DNA of 64,000 nucleotides, taken from the NCBI GenBank assembly GCA_031414775.1, contig JANOQI010000024.1:1-64000 (forward strand), read 5' to 3'. Below are positions 47,392 through 56,407 of this stretch, in pieces. Both the position numbers and the translations under genes were made by a program. Source of the DNA: Synechococcales cyanobacterium VAR_4_metabat_354 (GTDB lineage: Bacteria; Cyanobacteriota; Cyanobacteriia; Cyanobacteriales; Chamaesiphonaceae). Each line of letters begins with the position of its first letter. The stretch's first letter is position 1. A model generated the notes under the pieces. The model had not been told where the DNA came from and made no database searches. It was given only the letters and a program-made list of their open reading frames with translations.

Positions 47392-48894
47392 CTATAGTAG
47401 CTGTTGAATTTGTCGAACTACTGTTAGAGCAGAGTAGCTAACTCCTGCCGTCCCTTCTCCAGGATGAGTGGAATCGCCGACCAACCACAGGCCATCGATC
47501 GGTGTGCGATTAGCAATGCCAAAGGGACCGAAATTGGATACCCGCTGACCTACTCCCCCCACAAACCCATTCAGCCGCGCTGTGTAACGCTCAAAAGTTT
47601 GAGGGGTACCCGCTTCGCAGACTTTAATTAGTTCTGGGGTGAGCTGAAAATAACTAGACAGTCGATCGATCGCCGTTTTGGTATATTCAGCCTTCAAAGC
47701 TGCCACATCAGCGGTAGGGTCATACCACTTATGAGGATTAGTGAAAGAAGAAGCAATAATAGTAGCCTGACCCTCCGGTGCCCGACCATCCCCTGGCTTA
47801 CTCACCGAGACAAAGAGAGAGTTATTTTCGCCAATAATTTGCTGCTCATCATACAAGAATTGCAGATGCGGTGGGCAATGAGCCGGAATGGCCGCTTGAT
47901 CGACTCCTAAATAAATCACAAAAGCCGCTGAAGGGGTGGGTAGTTTAGCGGTGTTCGATCGATAGCTTCCCCACCAATAAGATTTTTGAGCAAAATCGCC
48001 CTGCACTAATTCCACCAGGTTCTGCACGGGTACATTGGCTACTATCTGGTCAGCAGTTTCTAGCCAAGTGCGCTGCGCTGACTGCACAGTTACCCCAGTG
48101 GCTTTTGATCGATCGGTTTGAATATCGATGACCCGATGACGCATCAGTAATTTACCCCCATCCCGCTCTAGCGATGCCACCAATCGATCGCTCAGCACCT
48201 GCATACTCCCTTGCAGATGATAGAGACCTTGGGGCGCTTGCGAAACCCCTAAGGCGGTAGCAGCATAGAGTAAAGCTGTTTCAGCCGCAGTGACTTGGGA
48301 ATAAAGCTTCAACTGTAGATCAAGAAACAGTCGTAATCGTTTATGATTGGCTAATCCAAACCATTTCAGGGCATCACCAACAGTGGCTAAGGTAAAAGGA
48401 ACAGTCAAAAAAGTATTAGGACGCAAAGCCGCTAGCAGTTGACCAACATCCCACAGATTACGCGGTGGCAACACTGGATCGCGAGACTGGAATTCCCAGC
48501 TAATCGCAAACAACTTAGCCATAAACTGCCAGAAAGGCTCACTGCCAGGAAATTGCCGTTGTCTTTCCTGTCGCCATTGGTCGGGATCGCGCCAGATGTT
48601 GATGGGTTCAGTTTCACCAGGCAAGAAGACGGCACAGGCTGGATCGCAAAAGGTAGCAGCGGGCAACTCGATGTCTAGTTCTTGAAAAATTCGATGATGA
48701 ATGCCACCTGGTTCCAGGCCAGCTACTTGGGTTGCGCCCACGTCAAAGGTGTAGCCTCGACGCTGAAAGGTGGAAGCACAGCCGCCCGGCACAATTGCCT
48801 GATCGAAAACTATTACTTCATGGCCATACTTGGCTAACAGGGCGGCACTAGTTAATCCGCCGATTCCTGCCCCAACAACCGCAATTTTTGCCAT
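47392..48894 (-). CDS. crtD: Carotenoid C-3',4' desaturase CrtD
   Basis: VVGAGIGGL, FDVGATQVAGLEPGGIH, LDLQLKLYSQ, LVGDSTHPGEGTAGVSYSA. Confidence 0.9.
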   Translation of the reverse strand: MAKIAVVGAGIGGLTSAALLAKYGHEVIVFDQAIVPGGCASTFQRRGYTFDVGATQVAGLEPGGIHHRIFQELDIELPAATFCDPACAVFLPGETEPINIWRDPDQWRQERQRQFPGSEPFWQFMAKLFAISWEFQSRDPVLPPRNLWDVGQLLAALRPNTFLTVPFTLATVGDALKWFGLANHKRLRLFLDLQLKLYSQVTAAETALLYAATALGVSQAPQGLYHLQGSMQVLSDRLVASLERDGGKLLMRHRVIDIQTDRSKATGVTVQSAQRTWLETADQIVANVPVQNLVELVQGDFAQKSYWWGSYRSNTAKLPTPSAAFVIYLGVDQAAIPAHCPPHLQFLYDEQQIIGENNSLFVSVSKPGDGRAPEGQATIIASSFTNPHKWYDPTADVAALKAEYTKTAIDRLSSYFQLTPELIKVCEAGTPQTFERYTARLNGFVGGVGQRVSNFGPFGIANRTPIDGLWLVGDSTHPGEGTAGVSYSALTVVRQIQQLL

Positions 48895-49060
48895 GAGTTT
48901 TCGTTACATTTCTTGAAATTATAACGAAAACCTTGCTCAATGGCAGACGGACAGGGACTGAATCAATCTAAAAATATTACTAGTCTGGAAAGTTGCCTAA
49001 TCTATCTGTTGATAGATACTACATCATCAGTTTTATCGATCAACATCTACCAGCAAAACC

Positions 49061-50356
49061 ATGTCATTCAGAAAAAGCCCTGTTCCCAAACAGATATCAG
49101 TAAATCAGACCCTGCGAATTGTCGCCTTTATCAACTTTATCAACGCTTTGAGTCTGATTGCCTTGATTCTCAACATTTATGATTATGGCAAGCATTTTGG
49201 ATTGAGTGACTTTGAAACTAGTTTTTTGTTTGCGATTTATGCGATTGCCCAGTTTTTTGCGGCTCCGATTATTGGTAAATTGTCCGATCGATTTGGTCGT
49301 AAACCACTACTAATTATTAGTTTGGCTGGTACCATCGTCGCCAACTTGATTATTGGTAATGCTCATACCGCCTGGGTGCTATTTGTTGCCCGGTTCTTAG
49401 ATGGCATCACTGGCGGCAATATCTCCGTGGCTCAAGCAATTATTACCGATATTACTAAACCGGCAGAACGGGCGCGGGCATTTGGTATATTTGGGGCATC
49501 CTTAGGTATAGGCTTTGTGGTGGGTCCATTGATTAGCTACTTTACAACACCAGTCTCGATCGGAGCACCTTTTGTGGTCTCGGCATTTTTGGCATCGATC
49601 GCCTTGGTCTTAACCATTTGGCTACTACCAGAAACTCTCAAAACTACTGTTCCTCCCACTAGTGACACCTTTGACTGGGGACTAAAAAATATTCTGGCTG
49701 GTTTTGCTCTTCCTGGCGTGGGCACTTTATTAATCTTAACTTCTCTGACTAGTGCTACTTTTGGCATGTTCACCTTCGCCTTCCCCGCTTACTACTTCAA
49801 AGTATTGGGTCAAAATCAGTGTTCTTTTGACTTGTTGTTTTTTTGTTTTGGGTTAATAGGTGCTGTAATGCAAACTCTCGGTATCAAGTTTTTAATCAAA
49901 AAGCTCAGTTCCAGCAAAATTATGTGGCTGGGTTTATTGTTTCGGAGTGTGTGCTTTGCCCTGATGCCACTTGTGCCGAATCTTGTTTACTTTATCGTAG
50001 TGAGCTTAGTCTTCTCAATTTTCAATTCCTTAGTGCAGCCGATGATCAGTAATTTGATTTCGTTGAATAGTAAACCTACCGAACAGGGGATGACTGCGGG
50101 GTTAAATGCGGCCTATGTTGGTATTGCTACTGGCTTAGGACCAGTGCTGGCGGCTTTGCTCATTGATAAAAAAACGATTGTAACTGCTGAAAAAATAGCT
50201 AAAGAAACTGGCACAGTAGTTAATATACATAGTTATGCTAGCTATTCTTTCCCGCTATATTTTGCTAGCATTTGTGCTTTTATAGTATTGTTGTGGGCTG
50301 TTTACCAGCAGCATCAATATCACCAAGTGGCTCAACCTCTGACCAGAGAATGTTAG
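49061..50356 (+). CDS. MFS transporter (TetA/DHA1-like), paralog 1
   Basis: GKLSDRFGRKP motif A, RFLDGITGGN, about 12 TM helices. Confidence 0.92.
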   Translation: MSFRKSPVPKQISVNQTLRIVAFINFINALSLIALILNIYDYGKHFGLSDFETSFLFAIYAIAQFFAAPIIGKLSDRFGRKPLLIISLAGTIVANLIIGNAHTAWVLFVARFLDGITGGNISVAQAIITDITKPAERARAFGIFGASLGIGFVVGPLISYFTTPVSIGAPFVVSAFLASIALVLTIWLLPETLKTTVPPTSDTFDWGLKNILAGFALPGVGTLLILTSLTSATFGMFTFAFPAYYFKVLGQNQCSFDLLFFCFGLIGAVMQTLGIKFLIKKLSSSKIMWLGLLFRSVCFALMPLVPNLVYFIVVSLVFSIFNSLVQPMISNLISLNSKPTEQGMTAGLNAAYVGIATGLGPVLAALLIDKKTIVTAEKIAKETGTVVNIHSYASYSFPLYFASICAFIVLLWAVYQQHQYHQVAQPLTREC

Positions 50357-50378
50357 CCCTGTTATCCCGAAATAACTA

Positions 50379-51623
50379 ATGAGTCCAGCCCTGCGCATTG
50401 TCACCTTCATCAACTTTGTCAACGCTCTCAGTTTTACGGTATTAATTCCCAATATCTATGGCTATGGCCGACATTTTGGCTTAAGTGATTTACAGACCAG
50501 TTTTTTGTTTGCAATCTATTCGATCGCTCAGTTCTTTGCCACCCCAATTATTGGGAAGCTATCTGACCGCTTTGGTCGCAAACCATTACTGATAATTAGT
50601 TTGGCCGGTACGATCGTTGCTAACTTTATTGCTGGTACGGCTAGCACTGCCACCGTGCTATTTATTGCCCGTTTTTTAGATGGCATTACTGGCGGCAACG
50701 TCTCAGTTGCGCAAGCCATTATCACCGACATTGCCAAACCAGAGGAGCGTGCCCGGGCTTTTGGTCTATTTGGGGCATCCTTGGGTGTTGGTTTTGTGAT
50801 GGGGCCATTAATTAGCTTCTATGCCACCAAAATCTCGATCGGAGCACCTTTTTTGGCATCTTCTATTTTGGCGACGATCGCCCTCATTTTGACGGTTTGG
50901 CAACTACCAGAGACGCTTAAAGTAAAGACTCTTCAGACTGGCGGCTTTTTCGACCTGGGGCTAAAAAATATCATTTCTGGCTTGGCCATTCCAGGAGTTG
51001 GAGCACTGTTGATTGTCACTTTTTTGACTGGTATTACTTTTACCATGTTTACCTTTGCCTTCCAGCCTTACTATCTCAAAGTCTTGGGGCAAGATATTTC
51101 TTCGATTAGTCTGCTGTTTTTTAGTTTCGGTGTTCTAGGAGTTTTGATGCAAACTCAAGGTATTAAACTTCTGACTAAAAGGCTTAGTCCTACTCGGATT
51201 ATGTTTCTGGGGCTATTTTTTCGCAGTGCTTCCTTCGCCCTAATGCCGGTAATTCCCAATATTATTTACTTTGTGGCCGTGAGCCTGGTCTTTTCGATTT
51301 TCAACTCCCTGGTACAGCCAATGATTAGTACCCTGATCTCGATCAATACCAAACCCTCTGAACAGGGAATGACTTCCGGTCTCAATGCCGCTTATTTAAG
51401 CATTTCTAACGGCATTGGCCCCATTCTGGCGGCTCTGCTCATTGACCAAAAGACTATTACAGCTGCCGAAAAATTCGCGAAAGAAACTGGCACAGCGGTT
51501 ACTGTACATAGTTATGCTAGCTACGCCTACCCCTTGTATATTGCAGGGATTTGTACTTTTGGGGTGTTGTTCTTGGCTATTCGATCGCAACGCCAATATA
51601 GTAACCCAACTCCGGATGTGTAA
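50379..51623 (+). CDS. MFS transporter (TetA/DHA1-like), paralog 2
   Basis: GKLSDRFGRKP, RFLDGITGGN; collinear with the upstream paralog. Confidence 0.92.
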   Translation: MSPALRIVTFINFVNALSFTVLIPNIYGYGRHFGLSDLQTSFLFAIYSIAQFFATPIIGKLSDRFGRKPLLIISLAGTIVANFIAGTASTATVLFIARFLDGITGGNVSVAQAIITDIAKPEERARAFGLFGASLGVGFVMGPLISFYATKISIGAPFLASSILATIALILTVWQLPETLKVKTLQTGGFFDLGLKNIISGLAIPGVGALLIVTFLTGITFTMFTFAFQPYYLKVLGQDISSISLLFFSFGVLGVLMQTQGIKLLTKRLSPTRIMFLGLFFRSASFALMPVIPNIIYFVAVSLVFSIFNSLVQPMISTLISINTKPSEQGMTSGLNAAYLSISNGIGPILAALLIDQKTITAAEKFAKETGTAVTVHSYASYAYPLYIAGICTFGVLFLAIRSQRQYSNPTPDV

Positions 51624-51628
51624 AGGAC

Positions 51629-51652
51629 AAAAAAAGAGAGCGATCGCCCTCC
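51629..51652 (-). terminator. Terminator after psbQ (hairpin centred on a HIP1 site)
   Basis: Minus strand reads GGAGGGCGATCGCTCTCTTTTTTT. Confidence 0.55.
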
Positions 51653-51681
51653 TGTAATAGATTAAATTAAAAAGTTAAAAG

Positions 51682-52164
51682 CTATGCTGCGTCCACTGGA
51701 GCCACTACTGGGGATGCTTTAGGTAATTCAGGCAGTAGACTATCAAAAGTGGCAAAATCTTTGAGGGCTTCGCTGTAGTTCAGAGCAGCCAGTTGCTGGT
51801 TATTATCAGCAGCAGCTGCATCAATTTTATTCAGATGTACAAAAATTTCTTTGCCAAGATCTAAAGCCTGCTGGCGTTGTGCGGGCAGCAGTTCGCGAGA
51901 AACACCGACCATCCGGGTGCGCAATTCACCTAAAGGACCATGAATAAAAGACCGGACATTGTTCCAGTCCTTTCGATCGATCAATTGTGACAGTTCCGAT
52001 AAACGACCTTCCAGAGTTGCAACCCCTTTACTAGCCAGCTGAATTTTAGCCAACTGGGCATCAGAGTAAGTAGGAGCCTTAACCTGAGAGCCATCACTAC
52101 AACTAACCAGTAGAACAGTCACACAGACTAACAGAAAAGAAATAAACGGGCGAAAGAAAGACAT
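51682..52164 (-). CDS. psbQ: Photosystem II lipoprotein PsbQ
   Basis: Lipobox LVSC, PTYS, DWNNVRSFIHGPLGELR. ATG at 52164. Confidence 0.95.
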   Translation of the reverse strand: MSFFRPFISFLLVCVTVLLVSCSDGSQVKAPTYSDAQLAKIQLASKGVATLEGRLSELSQLIDRKDWNNVRSFIHGPLGELRTRMVGVSRELLPAQRQQALDLGKEIFVHLNKIDAAAADNNQQLAALNYSEALKDFATFDSLLPELPKASPVVAPVDAA

Positions 52165-52295
52165 AATATTACAGGTAAGAGAATATTTCAAATTTTTGTA
52201 TTAATAACCAGGATACAGGCAAACTTCTAGTCTAGAAAAAACCCCAAAAGAACCCCCGGAACTAGCCCGGGAATTCTTTTAGTCATTAGTTAAAA

Positions 52296-53372
52296 CTACA
52301 CAGAAACAGTAGTTTTAGGTCCTTTGATTTCGCCCTTAGCATATTTAGCAGCAAAGTCATCTAAAGACATAGTCTTGATTTTGCTTGCTTTGCCAGCAGA
52401 CCAAAAAGCGTTGTAACGCTCAGCACAAACTGCTTGCATGTACTTGATCGAAGGCTTCAGGAAGTGACGAGGGTCAAATTCTTCAGGCTTCGCAAACAAA
52501 GCTTCGCGGACAGCAGCGGTGATCGCAAGGCGATTATCAGTATCAATATTCACTTTCCGCACACCGCACTTGATACCCTTTTGAATTTCTTCTAAAGGTA
52601 CGCCGTAGGTTTCCGGAATTTTACCACCATACTTATTGATAATAGCGATCAAATGTTCGGGTACTGAAGAAGAACCATGCATTACCAAGTGAGTGTTTGG
52701 TAGTTTGTTGTGAATTTCTTCAATCCGGCTGATGGCAAGTACTTCACCAGTAGGCTTGCGAGTGAACTTGTACGCACCGTGGCTAGTACCAATAGCTACG
52801 GCCAAAGCATCGACACCAGTAGTTTCTACAAATTCAACAGCTTCATCAGGGTCGGTCAACAATTGATCATGAGATAACACACCTTCAAAACCGTGACCGT
52901 CTTCAGCTTCCCCTTGGCCTGTCTCTAAGGATCCTAGGCAGCCTAATTCACCTTCTACACTAACGCCGATGGCGTGAGCAACATCGACAACTTGACGAGT
53001 AGTATTGACATTGTATTCGAAACTAGCAGGAGTCTTCGCATCAGCTTCTAAAGAACCGTCCATCATGACGCTGGTAAAACCATGCTTCATTGCTGAGTAG
53101 CAAGTGGCAGGGCTGTTGCCATGGTCTTGGTGCATACAGATCGGAATCTCGGGGTAGGTTTCTACCGCTGCTAGGATTAAATGCTTTAAGAAAGCTTCAC
53201 CAGCATACGTTCTAGCACCGCGTGATGCTTGCAGAATGACTGGGCTATCAGTTTCTTTAGCAGCCTGCATAATTGCTTGAATCTGCTCCATGTTGTTCAC
53301 ATTGTAAGCAGGTATGCCATAGCCATGTTCAGCAGCATGGTCTAACAATAAACGCATAGGGACGAGAGCCAT
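52296..53372 (-). CDS. fbaA: Fructose-bisphosphate aldolase class II
   Basis: [52 protein letters not shown]. Confidence 0.98.
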   Translation of the reverse strand: MALVPMRLLLDHAAEHGYGIPAYNVNNMEQIQAIMQAAKETDSPVILQASRGARTYAGEAFLKHLILAAVETYPEIPICMHQDHGNSPATCYSAMKHGFTSVMMDGSLEADAKTPASFEYNVNTTRQVVDVAHAIGVSVEGELGCLGSLETGQGEAEDGHGFEGVLSHDQLLTDPDEAVEFVETTGVDALAVAIGTSHGAYKFTRKPTGEVLAISRIEEIHNKLPNTHLVMHGSSSVPEHLIAIINKYGGKIPETYGVPLEEIQKGIKCGVRKVNIDTDNRLAITAAVREALFAKPEEFDPRHFLKPSIKYMQAVCAERYNAFWSAGKASKIKTMSLDDFAAKYAKGEIKGPKTTVSV

Positions 53373-53520
53373 TAGGTAATCCTCCTAAAATTTTATATAC
53401 AAAAAAGATGTGAGTACTTTCGTCTACTTCTTAGTCTGTGAATACTTTACCAAAGTTTAGACAACTTACTGAGGTCATTTAGCTGATTCAGATGAAGGAG
53501 TAGCAACGAAATTTTAAAAA

Positions 53521-53592
53521 TGGGTGGCCCGGGGCTCGAACCCGGAGCAAATCGGTTAAAAGCCGAGTACTCTACCATTGAGCTAGCCACCC
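53521..53592 (-). tRNA. trnK: tRNA-Lys (TTT)
   Basis: GGGTGGCTAGCTCAATGGTAGAGTACTCGGCTTTTAACCGATTTGCTCCGGGTTCGAGCCCCGGGCCACCCA, anticodon TTT. Confidence 0.96.
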
Positions 53593-53667
53593 GCGTGCTT
53601 GTTGCACGGCTTTTATTTATAGCATGAAGCTTAGTAAGAAGGCAATATGTTTTTGGAAAGATGGTAT

Positions 53668-56109
53668 TTACTTTTGTTCTATGGCGGCGATCGCTAGCCG
53701 GGTTTTGATGACGGAGTCTGGATTTAAGCTGATTGAGTCAATTCCTTGCGCTACCAAGAATTGGGCAAAATCTGGATAGTCGCTAGGAGCCTGACCACAG
53801 ATCCCAATCTTGCGCCCATGGGCTTTGGCGGTTGTAATCGCCATGGCAATCAGTCGCTGCACTGCGAGATTTCGTTCATCAAACAAATGCGCGACCAAGG
53901 CTGAATCTCGATCGAGTCCCAAGGTTAACTGGGTGAGGTCATTGGATCCGATCGAGAAGCCATCAAATACCTCGCAAAACTCGGCAGCCATCAGCACGTT
54001 ACTGGGTAGCTCACACATGACGTAGACTTGGAGACCATTTTGCCCCTGCACTAGCCCATGCTTGGCCATCTCGGCGATCACGGCCTTACCCTCTTCGGGG
54101 GTACGACAAAAAGGTACCATCAAAATCACATTGTCTAAGCCCATCTCTTCCCTTACCCGCTTCAGTGCCGAGCACTCTAGGCCAAAGCCCACTCGATAAC
54201 GATCGTCACAGTAGCGAGCGGCTCCCCGCCAGCCCAGCATCGGGTTTTCTTCGTGGGGTTCAAACTCTCGGCCACCTAATAGGTTGGCGTATTCATTGCT
54301 TTTGAAATCGGACAAGCGTACAATCACTGGCTTCGGATAAAAAGCGGCGGCGATCGAACCGACTCCTTGGGCAATTTTATCTACAAAAAACTGTGGTTTA
54401 TCGTCATAGCCCAATGTCTGTAAGGCAATTTGAGATTGAACAGCTTTATCGGTGAGGCGATCAAAATTCAACAGTGCCAAAGGATGAATCTTGATATGGT
54501 TGGCAATAATAAACTCTAGTCGCGCCAGCCCGACCCCATCGTTGGGAATCGCTGCCAACCGAAAAGCTTCCTCGGGATTACCCACATTCATCAAAATCTG
54601 GGTACGGGTGGGCAGCAAATTGTCTAGAGTTACTTTTTCTACATGAAAAGGCAATAATCCGGCATAGATGTGGCCATCTTCACCCTCTGCACAACTAGCT
54701 GTAATTGCTTGGCCGCTGACAATCTTGGTAGTGGCATCATCACAACCGACAATTGCCGGAATCCCCAGTTCTCGGGCAATAATCGCCGCATGACAAGTCC
54801 GTCCGCCTTGGTTAGTAACGATCGCACTGGCTCGTTTCATAATTGGTTCCCAATCAGGGTCAGTCCGATTGGTGATCAATACCTCTCCAGCTTGAAATTG
54901 CTTGATATCATTCACTTCCAAGATGACTCTGGCCGGTCCCTGGCCAATTCGATCACCTACTGCCCGACCAGTCACTAATGGTTTAGTTGGTGGAACAGTG
55001 GTGAAATGATAGCTGCGGAGCACCGCGACACTTTTCTGAGACTGCACAGTTTCTGGCCGTGCTTGGACAATAAACAGCTCGCCAGTGCGGCCATCTTTTG
55101 CCCATTCCATATCCATCGGGCTATGCCGACCATGCACCTGGGAGTAATGCTCTTCGATCTGGGTGGCCCACCGTCCTAACTCCAAAACTTCATCATCAGT
55201 CAAGGCAAACTGCTGACTCTCCTCGATCGGCACTGGAATATTTTTAGTTTGCTCGGAGCTGTGGGAGCTGTACACCATCTTGATTTCTTTGCTGCCCAGG
55301 CGTTTTTTCAAGATGGGTCGGTGGCCGGTTTTCAGCGTGGGCTTAAAGACAAAGTACTCATCGGGGTTCACAGCACCCTGAACGACGTTTTCACCCAAGC
55401 CATAGGCGGCCGTAATTAAGGCCACATCCTTGAAACCACTTTCGGTATCGATCGAGAACATCACCCCCGAGCAAGCTAAGTCCGATCGCACCATTTTTTG
55501 GACTCCCACCGACAGCGCCACCTCTAGGTGATCGAAACCTTTCAACTGGCGGTAAGAAATGGCTCGATCGGTAAAGATCGAAGCAAAACATTTATGGCAA
55601 GCCTCTAAAACATTCGCCAAACCATGCACATTCAGATAGGTTTCTTGTTGTCCGGCAAAGCTAGCATCGGGTAAATCTTCGGCGGTGGCGCTGGATCTAA
55701 CAGCCACATCGGTATTGGAGCCGTATCGATCGCACATTTCTTGGTAAGCGTGTTCGATCGCCATGGTCAGGTCTGGTGGGAAGGGGGCTTGGAGCATCAG
55801 CGACCGTGCCTGTTGTCCGACCCGCTGCAATTCCTGTACATTTTCGACATCCAGGCTAGCAAATATTTTCTGTAATTTCTCGGCCAAACCAGCATTCTCT
55901 ATAAAGGACTGGTAAGAATAAGCCGTAGTAGCAAAACCTTGGGGCACCCGAATACCCTGGGGAGCCAACTGCTGAATCATTTCACCGAGGGAAGCATTCT
56001 TGCCGCCGACCAAATGAATTTCATGCAATCCCACATTTTTCAGTTCTAGTACCAAGGCTTTTTCCTTTGGTACAGATTGGTCTAACATTGCCTGCATCAC
56101 ATCACGCAT
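53668..56109 (-). CDS. ppsA: Phosphoenolpyruvate synthase
   Basis: VGGKNASLGEM, AVRSSATAED, GGRTCHAAIIARE phospho-His motif, FSIGSNDLTQL, GICGQAPSD. Confidence 0.97.
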   Translation of the reverse strand: MRDVMQAMLDQSVPKEKALVLELKNVGLHEIHLVGGKNASLGEMIQQLAPQGIRVPQGFATTAYSYQSFIENAGLAEKLQKIFASLDVENVQELQRVGQQARSLMLQAPFPPDLTMAIEHAYQEMCDRYGSNTDVAVRSSATAEDLPDASFAGQQETYLNVHGLANVLEACHKCFASIFTDRAISYRQLKGFDHLEVALSVGVQKMVRSDLACSGVMFSIDTESGFKDVALITAAYGLGENVVQGAVNPDEYFVFKPTLKTGHRPILKKRLGSKEIKMVYSSHSSEQTKNIPVPIEESQQFALTDDEVLELGRWATQIEEHYSQVHGRHSPMDMEWAKDGRTGELFIVQARPETVQSQKSVAVLRSYHFTTVPPTKPLVTGRAVGDRIGQGPARVILEVNDIKQFQAGEVLITNRTDPDWEPIMKRASAIVTNQGGRTCHAAIIARELGIPAIVGCDDATTKIVSGQAITASCAEGEDGHIYAGLLPFHVEKVTLDNLLPTRTQILMNVGNPEEAFRLAAIPNDGVGLARLEFIIANHIKIHPLALLNFDRLTDKAVQSQIALQTLGYDDKPQFFVDKIAQGVGSIAAAFYPKPVIVRLSDFKSNEYANLLGGREFEPHEENPMLGWRGAARYCDDRYRVGFGLECSALKRVREEMGLDNVILMVPFCRTPEEGKAVIAEMAKHGLVQGQNGLQVYVMCELPSNVLMAAEFCEVFDGFSIGSNDLTQLTLGLDRDSALVAHLFDERNLAVQRLIAMAITTAKAHGRKIGICGQAPSDYPDFAQFLVAQGIDSISLNPDSVIKTRLAIAAIEQK

Positions 56110-56407
56110 ATGCCTTTCCCATAAAAATTACCTATTTATATTATAAGGAAAAATTATTAAATCACTCACAATTTATATTTTTCAGGAAATGTGAGGAACT
56201 TGTGAAGATTTGGTGGGGGATTAGCCAAGGTCTGCTATGTTTGGAGCTGCTGCTTTGGTCTGTGCACTCGCCCGGACTAAATTGATGGTATTTACCAATA
56301 CTAAAAAGTCATGCGCAACAGTATTACCATTGGCTGAGCCTTCCCCAAATTCAGGCTACTACTTGTTCCGAGATCAATAAACCTCACTTATCCAGAATTA
56401 AAGATTT

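Noticed and set aside
32567..53592. Prophage or genomic island integrated at tRNA-Trp or tRNA-Lys
   Set aside because: No integrase, no duplicated tRNA 3' end and no phage genes. The flanks are housekeeping genes.
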